From: Octopus vulgaris
Lineage: Eukaryota
Direction of reading: 5' to 3'
DNA length: 64,000 nucleotides
Assembly: GCA_951406725.2 (NCBI GenBank)
Contig: OX597821.1
Location: forward strand, 57,288,001 to 57,352,000
Shown: one piece after another, positions 12,441 to 26,274 of the stretch
Layout of the letters: every line of letters begins with the position of its first letter
Numbering within the stretch: position 1 is the stretch's first letter
Position numbers and translations under genes: made by a program
Notes under the pieces: generated by a model
What the model saw: the letters and a program-made list of their open reading frames with translations, nothing else
The model's database searches: none
What the model was told of the DNA's origin: nothing

Positions 12441-12908
12441 GTAAAATAAGAAAAACAATTAAATTGGAGAAAAAAAAAATTAAGTGAAATGTTTTGTAGA
12501 TATTTCCAGTCTTTGAATCAGTAAATATTTCCGTAGTCTTCAGATAGTCTGTCTCTCTCTCTGTTCCTTTGTGAATGCTCCATAGATGTGTAGTAGTAAA
12601 TCTGAAGGAATAGTTTGTGTACAGAGAATTGATGGTTTAAGCAGGAGCAGTCAAGGGAGGAGGAGAACAAGAAGAAATCAGTGGAAACAACAATAACACT
12701 AAGTACTAATATAGATTAGTGGTTAGTGTTAATGCTGTTCCACCTGATGAAGAAGATTCTCTTGCAAGAGCCCTGTACTGGTGCCTTGTAAAAAGCACTT
12801 GTGACAGCACCATGTAGAGGGGCTCCCAACCTTTTCGCTATGAAGGAACCTTTTATTTAGATAAGTTTTCTCATGAACCTCTTTTAATATGCTTCTCCTT
12901 AAGTATGC

Positions 12909-12956
<48 letters not shown>

Positions 12957-13130
12957 GCACACACACACAAAATTTTGAATTTAGTTCATGGACCTCCAGT
13001 ACTACCTTTGCAGACTACCAGGGGTCCGCAGACCCCAGGTTGGTAACCACTGATATATACACTCATCAAAAATGTGTGTGTGTGTGTATACACACGCACA
13101 CACACAAACTCACACACACACACACACAGA

Positions 13131-13755
13131 GGTGTAGGTGTGACTGGGTGGTAAGAAACTTGCTTCCAAACTAGATGGTTCTATGTTCAGTCTCACCTTC
13201 TACTATAGCCTTGGGTCGACCAAAGTCTTGTTAGTGGATTTAGTAGATGGAAACTGAAAGAAGTCTGTCATATACAAGATGACCCAAAAGTAGGTTTACA
13301 GTTATCATGTAGGCACTTTAAATTTCTTTTAAAACATTTTATTACATTTAAATTTCTATGTTACAAACTGAAAAGGGCGCTTGACAAAATTAACTAAATT
13401 AGCATAGAATAATGGTTTCATATGTTTTATTATTAAGATCTAAACTGTTAAAATATGAATACAAAAGAGATAGATGAATAACTGTAAACCTACTTTTGGG
13501 CCACCCTGTATATATATATATGTGTGTGTATGTGTGTATGTCTGTGTCCTCTGCCACCACTTGATAACAGCGTAATTACCCCCTGTAGCTTACTGGCTCT
13601 CCAAAAGAGACCAATAAATTAAATACCCGGCTGAAAACAAAACAACAAAAAAAAAGTACTGTGATCAACTCATTCGATTAAATGTTTCTCAAGGCTGTGA
13701 TCCAGTATGGCCGCAGTCTAATTACTGAATCAACTAAAAAGATGACAGATAAAAG
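13131..13755 (+). mobile_element. SINE family B hosting a Tc1/mariner-type MITE in its central TA repeat
   Basis: 5' half 13131-13272; 3' half resumes after 13510. Confidence 0.75.
13275..13508. mobile_element. Tc1/mariner-type MITE copy 1
   Basis: ~30-bp TIR cagggtggcccaaaagtaggtttacagttat, TA flanks. Confidence 0.9.
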
Positions 13756-14157
13756 ATACACAGTTTTGTTGAGGGTGGTTGTGATCCCTGTGCTGGTGGC
13801 ACGTAAAAAGCACCATCCGAACGTGGCCAATGACAGCGCCGCTTTGACTGGCTTCAGTGCCTGTAGCACGTAAAAAGCACCAACCAATCGTGGTTGTTGC
13901 CAACCTCCTCTGGCCCCTGTGCCGGTGGCACATAAAAAGCACCCACTACACTCTCGGAGTGGTTGGCATTAGGAAGGGCATCCAGCTGTAGAAACACTGC
14001 GAGATCAGACTGGAGCCTGGTGCAGTCCAGACTCCAGTTGAGCTGTCCAACCCATGCCAGCATCAAAAACAGACGTTAAACAATGATCATGATATATGTT
14101 GCTAGACCTGAACATCCCTCGTCAGTATGGATACAATGCTGATGATGTATTCAAATA

Positions 14158-14364
14158 CAGGGTAGCCCAAAAGTAGGTTTGCAGTTATTCATCTATCTCT
14201 TTCGTATTCATATATTAACAGTTTAGGTCTTAATTGTAAGAAAAAATATGAAACCCTTATTCTCTGCTAATTTAGTTAATTTTGTTGAGCTCCCTTTTCA
14301 ATTTGTAAGATAGAAATCTAAAGTGCCTGCGTGATAACTGTAAACCTATTTTTTTGTCACCCTG
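14158..14364. mobile_element. Tc1/mariner-type MITE copy 2 (opposite orientation to copy 1)
   Basis: Same TIR and TA flanks; interior is the reverse complement of copy 1. Confidence 0.9.
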
Positions 14365-14381
14365 TATATAGAGTTATATAT

Positions 14382-14733
14382 ATGCCAGCGCCGCCTCGAC
14401 TGGCTTCCGTGTCGGTGGCACGTAAAAAGCACCATCCGAATCGTGGCCGAAGCCAGTGCTGCCTCGACTGGCTTCCGTGCAGGTGGCACGTAAAATGCAC
14501 CAATCCGACCATGGCCGATGCCAGCCTCGCCTGGCACCAGTGCAGGTGGCACGTAAAAAGCACCCACTACACTCACGGACTGGTTGGCGTTAGGAAGGGC
14601 ATCCAGCTGTAGAAACATTGCCAGATAAGACCGGAGCCTGGTGCAGCCTTCTGGCTTCCCAGATCCCCGGTTGAACCGTCCAACCCATGCTAGCATGGAG
14701 AACGGACGTTAAACAATGATGATGATGATGATG
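14382..14733 (+). mobile_element. Young RTE LINE 3' end with (ATG)n tail
   Basis: CpG-rich; near-identical to the reverse complement of 39128-39457. Confidence 0.85.
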
Positions 14734-14753
14734 AATACACACACACATACACA

Positions 14754-14988
14754 CAGGGTGGCCCAAAAGTAGCTTTGCAGCTATTCAACTATGTCTTTTG
14801 TATTCATATATTAGCAGTTTAGATCTTAATCATAAAAAAATATGAAACCATTATTCTATGCTAATTTAGTTAATTTTGTCAAGCTCCCTTTTCAGTTTGT
14901 AAGATAGAAATTTAAATGTAACAAAATACTGTAAAAGAAATTTAAAGTGCCTACATGATAACTGTAAACCTACTTTTGGGCCACCCTG
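14754..14988. mobile_element. Tc1/mariner-type MITE copy 3
   Basis: Same TIR, same orientation as copy 2. Confidence 0.9.
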
Positions 14989-15435
14989 TATATGCATCTA
15001 GCAATGCAAGAAAATCTCTACACATGCACACACGTGCACGTGTGTGTGTATGCGTGCATGTGTTTGTGCATCCATCTCTTTGTGTGTGCATGTGTTTGTG
15101 TGTTTACCTTTTTATCCTTGCATCCACTTCTTCCATAAAAGTGCATGTGAAATTATAATGATGATAATGTAGTTACATGGTTGTAACTATAAGATATGTA
15201 TATATTTATAGCTCCGTCTCTCCCTCCTTCTCTCTCCCTCTCTCTCACTATATATATATATAGAGAGAGAGAGAGATAGGTAGAAGAGTAGATAAATTGA
15301 TATAAGTATAAGTATATTGATGTTCCCTTTAACAACCTCACACACATCACCTTTTGCTCCTTACTCTTTTCTGTCACCTCTCTTTCTCTCTGTTTTTCAT
15401 TCTCTGTATCTAATCCAGTAATCATCTGCATGTCC

Positions 15436-15479
<44 letters not shown>

Positions 15480-17718
15480 TGTTTACAGCAGCAACTAAAG
15501 CTGAAAGTATTGATATTGTTTTCTTAGCAATTGTTCTTGATGTTGTTGCTACTAGCATGGAAATGGGGGGAAAAAAAAAAAAAGAAACCCAAAACAAAAC
15601 AACAACCGAAACAAAAGAAGAACCAAAGAAGAAAATGAGAATTACAATCCTTAACAAAATATTAACTTTGCTCAGCTGTTGTCTGCTTCCAATTTGATAT
15701 TGTTTGAGGAGACACAAAAGGAGAATTCTTACTCTTTGCAAAAGATGGCAACTGAAGCTGTTTAGACATTACTGTCAGATCCTGAAGGGTGTGGCGCAAT
15801 GGGGTACGGTGGTGGCGGTTGGGGATGGGGGTTCTTAGATGTTATTTAATCATGTTTGTTTGCTTTTTTCATTTTGTCGGCTCATGTTACAAAGTGATTA
15901 TGAAAAATTGATATTAACAGGTTTTCCATTTTGGTATCCTTGACTACTCACAGAAACATACACATCATCATCATCATCATCATCGTCATCAACAGCATCA
16001 CCATCATCGTTTAATGTCCACTTTTCCAATTCTTGCATGGGGAGGTGGGGTGGCCAGTTGGAATTTGTTGTGTGACTGGATACTCTTCCTGTTGCCAACC
16101 TTCAATTATTTTCAAGTAAGGTGATATTTCTCCATGGCCCGACATTTTTTTCAAGGAAATTTGAACACAAACAACCTCGCTTGTATGCCAGTGATGTTCT
16201 TTTATGACTGTCACATGATATTAAGACAAGTGTCCACACATATGCATACACGCACACACACACACACAAATGAATACATATGATGGGCTTCTTTCAGTTT
16301 CCACTTACCAAATACACTCTCAGTTGTTCTTTTAGCTTGGGGCTACTGCAGAAAATTGACGTTCCGTCGGGTATGATGACAAAGGTTCCGGTTGATCCAG
16401 TCAAGCAAATAACCTGCTAATGACATAATAACATGCAAGTGGCTGAGTGCTCCACAGACATGCATACCCTTAATATAGTTCTCAGGGATATTCAGTGTGA
16501 CACCGAATGTGATATTGATGGGCCTTTGAAATATAGCTACAACACATTTTTGCCAGCTCAGTGGATTAGAGTAACGTGAAATAAAGTGACTTGCTCAAGG
16601 ACACAATGCGCCACTGGGAATCGAACTCACAACATTATAAGTGTGATCTGAAGACCCTAACCACTGAGCCACGTGCCTTTGCTATAGCAGAAAACATGTT
16701 GACACTTGCCCATGGTGCTGTGCAGTGGTACTGAACCTGAAACCACATACTTACAAAGCAAGCTTCTTAACCACACAGCCATGCCCGTACCTATTTTATT
16801 ATTTACTTTATGAAGATAATTAATTGATAAAGATAATCTTAGTAATAACAACTCACGCTGGATATTTTGGAGATGTTTTTATTTTTTAAATTACTGTTGT
16901 TTTTAGTTGTTTCTCTTCCAGCTCATCTCAGTCCTAATCAAGCAAGATCTCTACTCAAAGGCAATTCATCCATGACCATTCCATCGAATGTTTTGTTGTT
17001 TTCTGTCCAGGAGTGCTCTACTTAGGACATCATTGTCTAATCTCCCCTCCCCATTTTCATGACCGTAGGCTATAATTTGAGGGTCATTTGGCTGCTATTT
17101 TTAGCAGGTTGAACAACCTTTTTTTTACTTTTTTTTTTTGTTGAATCAAAGAGGTTAGTTCTATTCAAGGAGATCTGCAGCATAGAATTAACATGTCTAG
17201 ATAAGTATGAGCAACCAGTATGTCTTTCATTCTGCCCATGCACATAGGCAGTGCATTAGCTGAGCTTTCTGACAACTAAGCACAATCTGTCATAGAAGTA
17301 ATTAAAGTGGAGTGTGTAACCAGGCAATCAGAGCTATTATATCAACTCCACTTTCAAAACTTGTTTGAAGAACACACACACACACATACACACACACTCT
17401 CCTCCAGTTTTCTTTGCCTTTCTCTCTCAAGGTGAGTAATTACCTGTCATTAATCACTCACTTGTCCTGCAGAATTGAAATCCATTTTCTAGTGTTGTAA
17501 ATTGTAGCAAATCCGGTTCCTTTGTATGTGGAGATGTTAAAAAGACAAGGTCTGGCTGTGTGGTAAGATGTTTGCTTCCCAACCATATGATTCTGGGTTC
17601 AATTCCTCTGCATGGAAACTTGGCTGAGTGTCTTCTACTATATCCTTGGGTTGAGCAAAAGCCTTATGAGTGAATTCGGTAGACAGAAATTGAAAGAAGC
17701 TGTCATACACACACACAT

Positions 17719-18360
17719 ATCATCATCATCATCATCATCATTTAACATCTGCTTTCCATGCTAGCAGAGGTTGGACAGTTTGACTGAGGACTGGCAAGCC
17801 AGGAGGTTGCACCAGCTCCAATCTGATCTGGCAAGGTTTCTACAGCTGGATGTCCTTCCCGTGCCAACCACTCTGAGAGTATAGTGGGTGCTTTTTGTGT
17901 GTCACTGGCACGAGGGCCAGTCCGGTGGGACTGGCATCGACCATGCTTGAATGGTGCTTTTTACATGCCACCAGCACTGGCATCGGCCATGCTCAAATGG
18001 TGCTTTTTACGTACCACTGGCACGGATGCCAGTCAGGCGGCACTGGCATCAGCCAAGACAATTTCACTTGACTCAACAGGTCTTCTCAGGTACAGCATAT
18101 TGCTGGACATTTGAAGGGTACTTTTAAATGGGCCCGTGACACTGGCATCGGCTACAGCTACAATCTCACTTGGCTTGCCAGGTCTTCTCAAGCACAGCAT
18201 ATCTCCAAAGGTCTCAGTCACTTATCATCACCTCCATGAGACCCAACATTCGAAGGTTGTGCTTCATCACCTCATCCCAGTTCTCCCTCAGTCTACCTCT
18301 TCCACAGGTTCCCTCCACTGTTAGGGTGTGACGCTACTTCATACAGCTGTCCTCATCCAT
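17719..18360 (-). mobile_element. 5'-truncated RTE-clade LINE (ORF C-terminus, 3' UTR, (ATG)n tail) inserted in a family B SINE
   Basis: Minus strand reads TLTVEGTCGRGRLRENWDEVMKHNLRMLGL...LWRYAVLEKT with stops, matching the RTE GRGRP--TW C-terminal motif; runs directly into the repeat family seen many times in the window. Confidence 0.85.
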
Positions 18361-20093
18361 ATATAGATGAATAATGTGTGTGCACCTTTGTGTTATTGTT
18401 TGTCCCCAACTGCTGCTTGAGCAACAGTGTTGGTTTGTCACTTAGCAGTTTGGTTTGGCGTAAAGAAACTGATAGAATAATTACTTGGTCCATTATATTC
18501 AACTAAACCCTTTGAGGTGGTGCCCCAGCATGGCCACTGTCCAGCAATTGAAACAACTAAAAGATCAATGATAAATAAAGGCAATACTGCATTGAAGACA
18601 AATCATGCTTAGTTTCAGGCAACAAAAATGTAATACCCATGGCATATTCCACGGCGCCAATGAAACTGATTGAAGAAAACGAAGGAAGATAGATTACAGC
18701 TCATTGATTGTTGAAGTGGGGAGAAAATACACCGAGACTTAGAGTTATTTGTATAGGTGCCAATGAGCTAGAGGGTTATGTCAACCCCTAGTATTTTTTT
18801 TTTGACATGGTTTCTATGACTGGGTGTCCTTCCCAATGCCATCCACTTTACAGAGTGTGCGGGGTGCTTTATCGTGTTGCATTATCATTTAATAATCTCC
18901 ATTATCATCTTCATCAACATCTCTTAATCATCCTCATTGTTTTGTAGATGATTGAGATGCGCCAACATCATGAGAGCAGCTCTAACATTTCTATCATTAT
19001 TATCAATATTTCTTCATCCTCTTTTGTTTCATTGTATCATCGTCATTGTTGTCATCAATAACATCATTACCATCATTTGTAAAGTCATATCCATCATCAT
19101 CATCATACTCATTATCGTTATCATCATAAGTTCCTACAGATACCAAAATGAGTGGAATCCTTCATCTCAATGCTAGCAAAGACAAATATGAATAGCACAC
19201 TTGAGGGCATATAAGATACATGTTTTTTAAAAAAAAAACAAATCTCTTAAAATCACCCCAGGTTTTTTATGTGAAGTCAAGTTTCCCGTTAGTTAATTTT
19301 GTCCTTGACAGTCACATTTCCATGAATATACAAAAGTGCAGGCGTGGCTGTGTGGTAAGAAACATGCTTCCCAATCACATGGTTCTGGGTTCAGCTTGGG
19401 CAAGTGTCTTCTAATATAACCTTTGACCAACCAAAGCCTTGTGGGTGGATTTAGAAGACGGAAACTGAAAGAAGCCCATTGTGTGTGTGTGTTTATGTTT
19501 GCTTGTCCCTCACCACCACTTGACAACTGGTGTTGGTGTGTTTACCTCTCCTATGACTTAGCAGTTTAGCAAAAGAGACTGAAAAAAATAAGTACTGGGT
19601 TTAAAAGTAAGCTTTGGGGTTGATTTGTTTGACTAAAATTCTTCAAGGTGGTGCCCCAGCATGGCCACAGTCTAATGACTGAAACAATAGATAATAGATG
19701 AAGATAAAACACTTGAAATTGGGGTACATCCAAAATGGCTCGTGTATCGTTTGTGCCACCGAATATAATAAATATATTAAAGGAATATGAAATGGTGAAT
19801 GGAAGTTGAAATCTGTTCAGTTCTGAGCAAAATTCTAATGTCTTTGCAAAATCCCATCTGCCATTTGAAAAAGGAACAGCAACATCTAAGACAATTAGTC
19901 TTGAATACATTGTACATATATCGGCACTGGAGTGGCTGTGTGGTAAGTAGCATGCTTACCAACCACATGGTTCAGGTTCAGTCCCACTGTGACGCACCTT
20001 GGGCAAGTGTCTTCTACTATAAGCCTCAGGCTGACCAAAGCCTTGTGAGTGGATTTGGTAGACAGAAACTGAAAGAAGCCCATCATATATATA

Positions 20094-20129
<36 letters not shown>

Positions 20130-21597
20130 TTTGTCCTGCTCCCCCCTCCCGCCGTTGTTTGACAATCGATGTTTGTGTGTTTACATCCCTGTAACTTAGC
20201 AGTTAGGTAGAAGAAGTACTAGAGTTATAAAGAATATGTCCTGGGGTCGATTTGTTCGACTAAAGGCTGGCCAAAGTCAAGTGACTGAAACAAAAAAATA
20301 CATATGCATATACTATACTATTCCCCATTTTTTGTTGTTTTGGAGTGGGTTGCCACAACAAGGCATACACCAGGCATTCTTTTCATTTCCCAGTTCAAAG
20401 AGGCAAGCCCTGTGCTGTGTTCAGGTCAGGGTATGGAACACAACCCTCAGTATCACCAATGGGTCCCAACAGCATATGCTAGTTTACCCATACTGGTTCC
20501 ATACTGCTTTCAGCAATATCCATCCATCTACAAACACCCTCCTAGATTTCCAATCATTTATAAACTCTCTTGCCTCTCTCACTCCAACACCTCCAACCAC
20601 TAAAGCTTTCCTCACTCTATCCATCCATCCACACAAAAATATATGCTCAAGGCTGGAACTCCTCTGATCATAGACCTACTCAGTTAGGGCTGACCTGGGG
20701 TCAAATAGCATCTATAATGTCTTTTGTCATCCATCTGTCTCTTTGATCACATTTTGGTACTGCCTGTTTGGCATTGGCTTATTTGACATCGGTTGTTTTA
20801 ATGCTTCCTTTGTTTTCTCCCTTTCTTTCTCTATTTGTGTGTGTAAGCATATTTCTTTGTGTGTAGGAGGAGAGGAAAAGTGTTTGTGTCGATTTCCCTT
20901 TTGTTTTTTTTTTTTTTGAGTCATAATAGATTTTCACTTAGCAGCATATTTTTTACTACCTCACTAAGGAAACAAAGAGAAAAATTGGGGGGATTAAGGA
21001 GGAGAAGATGGGTGTGGGGGAGTAACAGGCAGTACATCCCAGACTAAATTGCATGTTCAGCCACACCTCGGGGATATGATTGTAAAGGCATTACCACCGA
21101 GAATGGCCAGTGGCACTCACTGCAACAGCCATCCCTTACCTCACATGACTCATCTCTTAGACAAGCTGCATTTATCTTAATTTTGCATGTCAATCGTGTT
21201 CAATTAAAAAATTGTAAAGTCTCTCCTCCCCCTCCTACTCTCTGTATGTGTATATTTCTATACACATGCATGTTTGTGTGTTTGCCTCTTGTGCCAAAAA
21301 GTACTGTTGCCAAAACAGGCTGAATGTCCAGGCAGCCATGCCATATCATCAGTGTCCAAGCAGCTGCACTGAATTGTCTCATTCCAACAGCCACACCGTA
21401 TATAATATCTCCAATTATTCAACTGTCTCTTTGTTTACATCCAAACCATATCCAATGTCTTCATTTGATTGATCATCTCCCTGGCCATAACTTCACTTTA
21501 TGTTACAAACACGATGTTATACTTTCATATAAAATCAAAGATATTCTTCACACATGATAATAAATCAATCGAATATTATTCTTTGGTTTTATTTCAG

Positions 21598-21730
21598 TTT
21601 CTCAACAAGTTCTGGCAATGGTTTTGAAGCGTTCTTCACTTCAGACGGTGTCCTTGTGGTCGCTGTGTATAACCGGAAAGATCACTCGAGTGTATCACTC
21701 ACAGATTATCCGTTTAAAGATTCACATTGG
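21598..21730 (+). CDS. NBEAL1: NBEAL exon 5 (FSTSSGNGFEAFFTSDGVLVVAV...FKDSHW)
   Basis: tttcag acceptor, gtttgt donor, phase 2 to 0. Confidence 0.95.
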
Positions 21731-21957
21731 GTTTGTAAAAAATATTTCTTAAAAAATCTTTCTCCTTCATTCCTGTTTCATTTCTTTTGTTTTTCTTTGA
21801 AATTATTTTAATTAGATTGCATTGTCAAATAAATTTTTTTTTTTTTTTCCTTGGCACTCTGTCATCATACATCTGAAAAGTGATAAAATTTATCCAAATT
21901 TTGAAAATAATAAACAAAAGTCATAGATGGTGTTTTATTTGCTTCTTCTACTTGCAG

Positions 21958-22077
21958 CATTGTCTTGACATTGTTCATACTAATTCTCGTAGACCATTTG
22001 CTAACAGTCAGTTGGCTATATACGTTGATGGTTGCTTGAAACTAAATGTCCAACTTAAATTTCCTACTACAACTGAG
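21958..22077 (+). CDS. NBEAL1: NBEAL exon 6 (HCLDIVHTNSRRPFANSQLAIYVDG...KFPTTTE)
   Basis: ttgcag acceptor, gtaagt donor, phase 0 to 0. Confidence 0.95.
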
Positions 22078-22225
22078 GTAAGTCTGTCATAAATTGTCGT
22101 CGTTTTTTTGTTTTGGTTTTACTCTTAATAAATTCATTAAGTAGTATATATGTTAATCACCTGTAGGGAGACAGTATTTCGTTATGCAACCATAGTATAC
22201 TACAAAGTATATTAAACATTTTTGT

Positions 22226-22390
22226 AGGTGCAGGAGTGGCTGTGTGGTAAGTAAGCTTGCTTACTAACCACATGGTTCTGGGTTCAGTCCCACTACTTGG
22301 CAGCTTGGGCAAGTGTCTTCTACTATAGCCTCAGGCTGACCACAGCCTTGTGAGTGAATTTGGTAGACGGAAACTGAAAGAAGTCCATCG

Positions 22391-22445
<55 letters not shown>

Positions 22446-22625
22446 CTCTGTGTTTGTCTCCTCAACATCGCTTGACAACCGATGCTGGTGTGTTTACATC
22501 CTCGTAATAGAGACTGATAGAATAAGTACTAGGCTTACAAAGAATAAGTTCTGGGGTCGAATTGCTCGACTAAAGGTGGTGCTCCAGCATGGCCACAGTG
22601 AAATGACTGAAACAAGTAAAAGAGT
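22226..22625 (+). mobile_element. Near full-length tRNA-derived SINE family B (other copies ~19335-19700, 19922-20295, 50338-50730 on plus; 28535-28905, 30530-31025, 33475-33835, 38645-39026 on minus)
   Basis: A and B boxes, CORE-like cttgggcaagtgtctt, central (TA)n(TG)n, conserved 3' half. Confidence 0.9.
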
Positions 22626-23357
22626 AAGTCAGTACCATGTTCTACTGAGTTAGCAATGCTATTACATCACTTGTGAAGTTTATCTCCACAGATTTCCTAT
22701 AGAGATTATATCCAGCACTGATTTTGTGACAACTATATAAGCAATAAGTTTCTGGATGATTAATGGGTTGTTTGGGTGCTAACAAACAAAGGTTCCTGAA
22801 ATATGTCAGGTAGGCCCATTTCCATTTATGATCTTCAATCGTGTTCTTTATATCTGGCATCTTGGATATGAAATGTCATAACAGAATCAGTGCTGGCTAG
22901 CATATATGAGTGTGTATAGTCACAGGTATGGTTCTGTGGTTAAGACGTTTTGCTTCCCAACCACATGGCTTAATGGTCAGGGTGTTGGACTCATGATTGT
23001 AAGATTGTGGATTCAGTTCCTTGACCAGGTGATGTGTCATGCTCTTGAACAAAACACTTCATTTCATGTTGCTCCAGTCCACTCAGCTGACAAAAATTAA
23101 TAATCCTACAACTGATGGGTTTCCCGTTTGTGCCAAGGAAATGAGGAACCTTACCCCATGAGTCTGTATGACTCAGGAAGGATATTTACCCTATCTTTCC
23201 AAACCATATGGCTTTTTTTATTAACTCTCATTATATGGCAGCACCTCGACTAAGTTTCTTCTATAGCAGCCCTTAGCTAACAAAAGCCTTTTAAATGGAT
23301 TTACTAGATAGAAACTGAAAGAAGCTCATTTTGTGAATGTGTGTGTGTATGTGTATT

Positions 23358-23572
23358 TGAGGGGCTGCTGAAAAGTTCCTGGCTTTAAGGGTATCATGAA
23401 AGGAGGTTGGGGGCCCAACCTTCTGGGTTCTTTCACAGGGCTTAGAAAAACTGTAGGGCCGCTGCAATGAGTGTGTGAATCTGAGAGGGGAATATGTTGA
23501 GTAAGATCATAATCCACTACCCCTCCTGTATTTTCTTTTACCCAAAGCCAGGAACTTTTCAGCACCCCCTCA
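23358..23572 (+). mobile_element. Internally deleted mariner (MITE) retaining the transposase C-terminus
   Basis: TIR gaggggctgctgaaaagttcctggcttt / aaagccaggaacttttcagcaccccctc; interior reads GLRKL*GRCNECVNLRGEYVE*. Confidence 0.85.
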
Positions 23573-24301
23573 TATGTATGTACATACATGCATGCATACA
23601 GGCATACATACGTACGTACGCATACATGCATACATACGTGCGTGCATGCATACATACATATAGATGTATCTACAAGTCACCTTGTGCTGACACATCACAT
23701 TAGCTATAAATGCCCTAATCATGTAGACCTGTATAATCAAAGATATTTCAGCCATGACAGCCCAATCTTTTTGAAGATGGTAGAGTGTGACGCAAGGGAG
23801 AGTAGGCTGTTATTTCTAGCAAGTGAAGTGATCACATAATGGCTCTTTTATTGGTTTATGTATATGTGAATGCTTGCTCTTGGCAACTCTACCATCATGC
23901 ATCATCCTTTTTATGCCCATTTTCTATACTGGCATGGGGTTGTGTGGTTTGACAGGACTCAACATGTCAGAGAGCCACTTCTTGATCCAGTAGCTCAGTT
24001 TCAGTATGGTTTTTGTGGCTGGATGCTCTTCCTAACACCGATCACTTTACACAGTGGACTGGGTAGTATTTTCATTGCACCAGCATAGTAGTAGCTGCCT
24101 TGCCATCAGTAAGACACCATAGCCCTCTCATGCCCTTTCTTAGTTTTAGCATTATCTCATGTTTGAGCTTCTCACCATTTTTGTCAGTTAAAATCAAGTT
24201 TAAAATCATGTAATATGTATGAGTAAATATGGTAATTTTAAGAAAACTTGCGAATGATGTAAAACAGTTAGTAATAGCCGGTATAATAATGTAGTTTCTT
24301 T

Positions 24302-24459
24302 CCGTCTGTCTTTACGTTCTGAGTTCAAATTCTGCTGAGGTCCATTTTGCCCTTCATCCTTTTGGGTCAATAAATTAAGTACCAGTCGCGTACTGGGGTC
24401 AATCTAATTGACAGGCCCCCTCCCCCAAAATTTCGGGCCTTGTAACTAGAGTAGAAAAG
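24302..24459 (+). mobile_element. 5'-truncated SINE family C with TSD
   Basis: aataatgtagtttcttt at 24285-24301 and 24460-24476. Confidence 0.85.
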
Positions 24460-24938
24460 AATAATGTAGTTTCTTTACTTTTATTTCTGTACAGTTACAT
24501 TTTTATATCTTTTAAATACATTCTAAAAATATTGTTTTATCTGCTGAATGAATTTTAAAAATATTGTGTTATCTGATATAGAACAATTCCTTTGAAATTA
24601 AAGTATCAGGATTTTCAATGTTATTACTACAACGATCGTTGTGGTATCTCTGAACAAGGCACATAACTCTGCATACCTCAGTGTCACTGGTTGACAAGAT
24701 GCTTCACTCTTGTTTCATGTTTATTGCATAAATAGCAATAAAAGAACCTAAGAGTGGAGGAATTGTTCCAACAATATGTAGGTGTTTATACTTAGGCGAT
24801 AAAAAAAATAGCTATATTGCACATATGTAGCTATTGGTAAAAATGACTGCAAAAAATTGAGAGAGGTAACGTACAAGATATACATTAAAGAAATTGAATG
24901 AAAAGCAATATAAATTTGTATTTCATTTTCTGTTTCAG

Positions 24939-25233
24939 GCCTTCTCATCCTGTAAAATTGGCTCAGCTGGTCTGAGATCACCTGTAGAATTCCTTGTGGA
25001 CATGTCTCCAGTTTCCCCCACAGTTCCAGAACGTAGAAGAAGTTCTTCACTTAAATTCTTCAACTTTAGCTCTTCAACAAGATCAGATTATCAGTCTGAG
25101 GTGACCAATCTTCTTGGAGGTACTCAAGACGATACTTGGGGCCAACCAATTGCTCTGATGGGTCTACTTGGTTCAGTGTGTGTCTTCCATGAACCTTTAC
25201 AGCCAGGGGAAATAAAGAGTCTGTATAGTCATG
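24939..25233 (+). CDS. NBEAL1: NBEAL exon 7 (AFSSCKIGSAG...GTQDDTWGQPIALMGLLGSVCVFHEPL...LYSH)
   Basis: tttcag acceptor, gtgagt donor, phase 0 to 1. Confidence 0.95.
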
Positions 25234-26274
25234 GTGAGTTCTTGCAATCTTCACTTCAAATACTCAATTGTTTTTATCATCATCATCATTGACGTCGATG
25301 TCATCATCATCATTGTTTAATGTCAGTTTTCCATGCTGGCATGGGTTGGACAGTTTAACTGGGGACTGGCAAGCCAGGAGGCTGCACCAGGCTCCAACAT
25401 GATCTGGCAATGTTTCTACAGCTGGATGCCCTTCCTAATGCCAATCACTCTGTGAGTGTAGTGGGTGCTTTTTATGTGCCACTAGCACAAGGAGCCAGTC
25501 AGGAGGCACTGGCACAACTACAATTTCACATTTGATTTTTGATTTTGATTTAATTATTTTAATAATTATAATTATCAGTGGATTAATAAAAGCAGCTGAC
25601 CAGCCCTATTACTTATGGTTAAACGATACAATCATACTTATTCGGAGAGTGTGCTGTAGAAAAAAACTGACTTTAGTTTTGAAATCAGCATACCAATTTT
25701 GGTGTAAATCAAGTGAGGAGGTAAACTCAACAGAAATTATGTTCAGAATTGTTCCCCTGTGTTATTGTCCACTTTTTTCATGCTTGAATGGGTCAGACAA
25801 AATTTGTAGAGGCAGATTTTCTACAGCTGGATGTTCTTCCTGTTGCTAACCCTCACCGTTTTCCATGCCAGATACATTTGTCAAAGAAGAGTGGAAGCAA
25901 ACAATACCACTTGTACGTTGATGATGCTCAACATAACATGATGTGAAGACTAGGTTATATACACATGTGCATGCACACACACACACACACACTTTTATAT
26001 GCGTACATACACAACATACATTTGATGGGCTTCTTTCAGTTTCTATCTGCCATGGGCTTCTTCAGTTTCTCTCTGAGATCACCTGTAGAATTCCTTCTGG
26101 CCATATCTTTGGTCAGCCTTGCCCAAGGTACCATGTAATGGGACTGAACCCAAGACATTGTGATTGGGAAGCAGAATTCTTAACTACACTGCCATACTTG
26201 CACCTAAATATTACTACAAGGCCATAGTGTTGGACTGCGGGTATCACAACTTTATAAAATTATTCTCCTACCTC

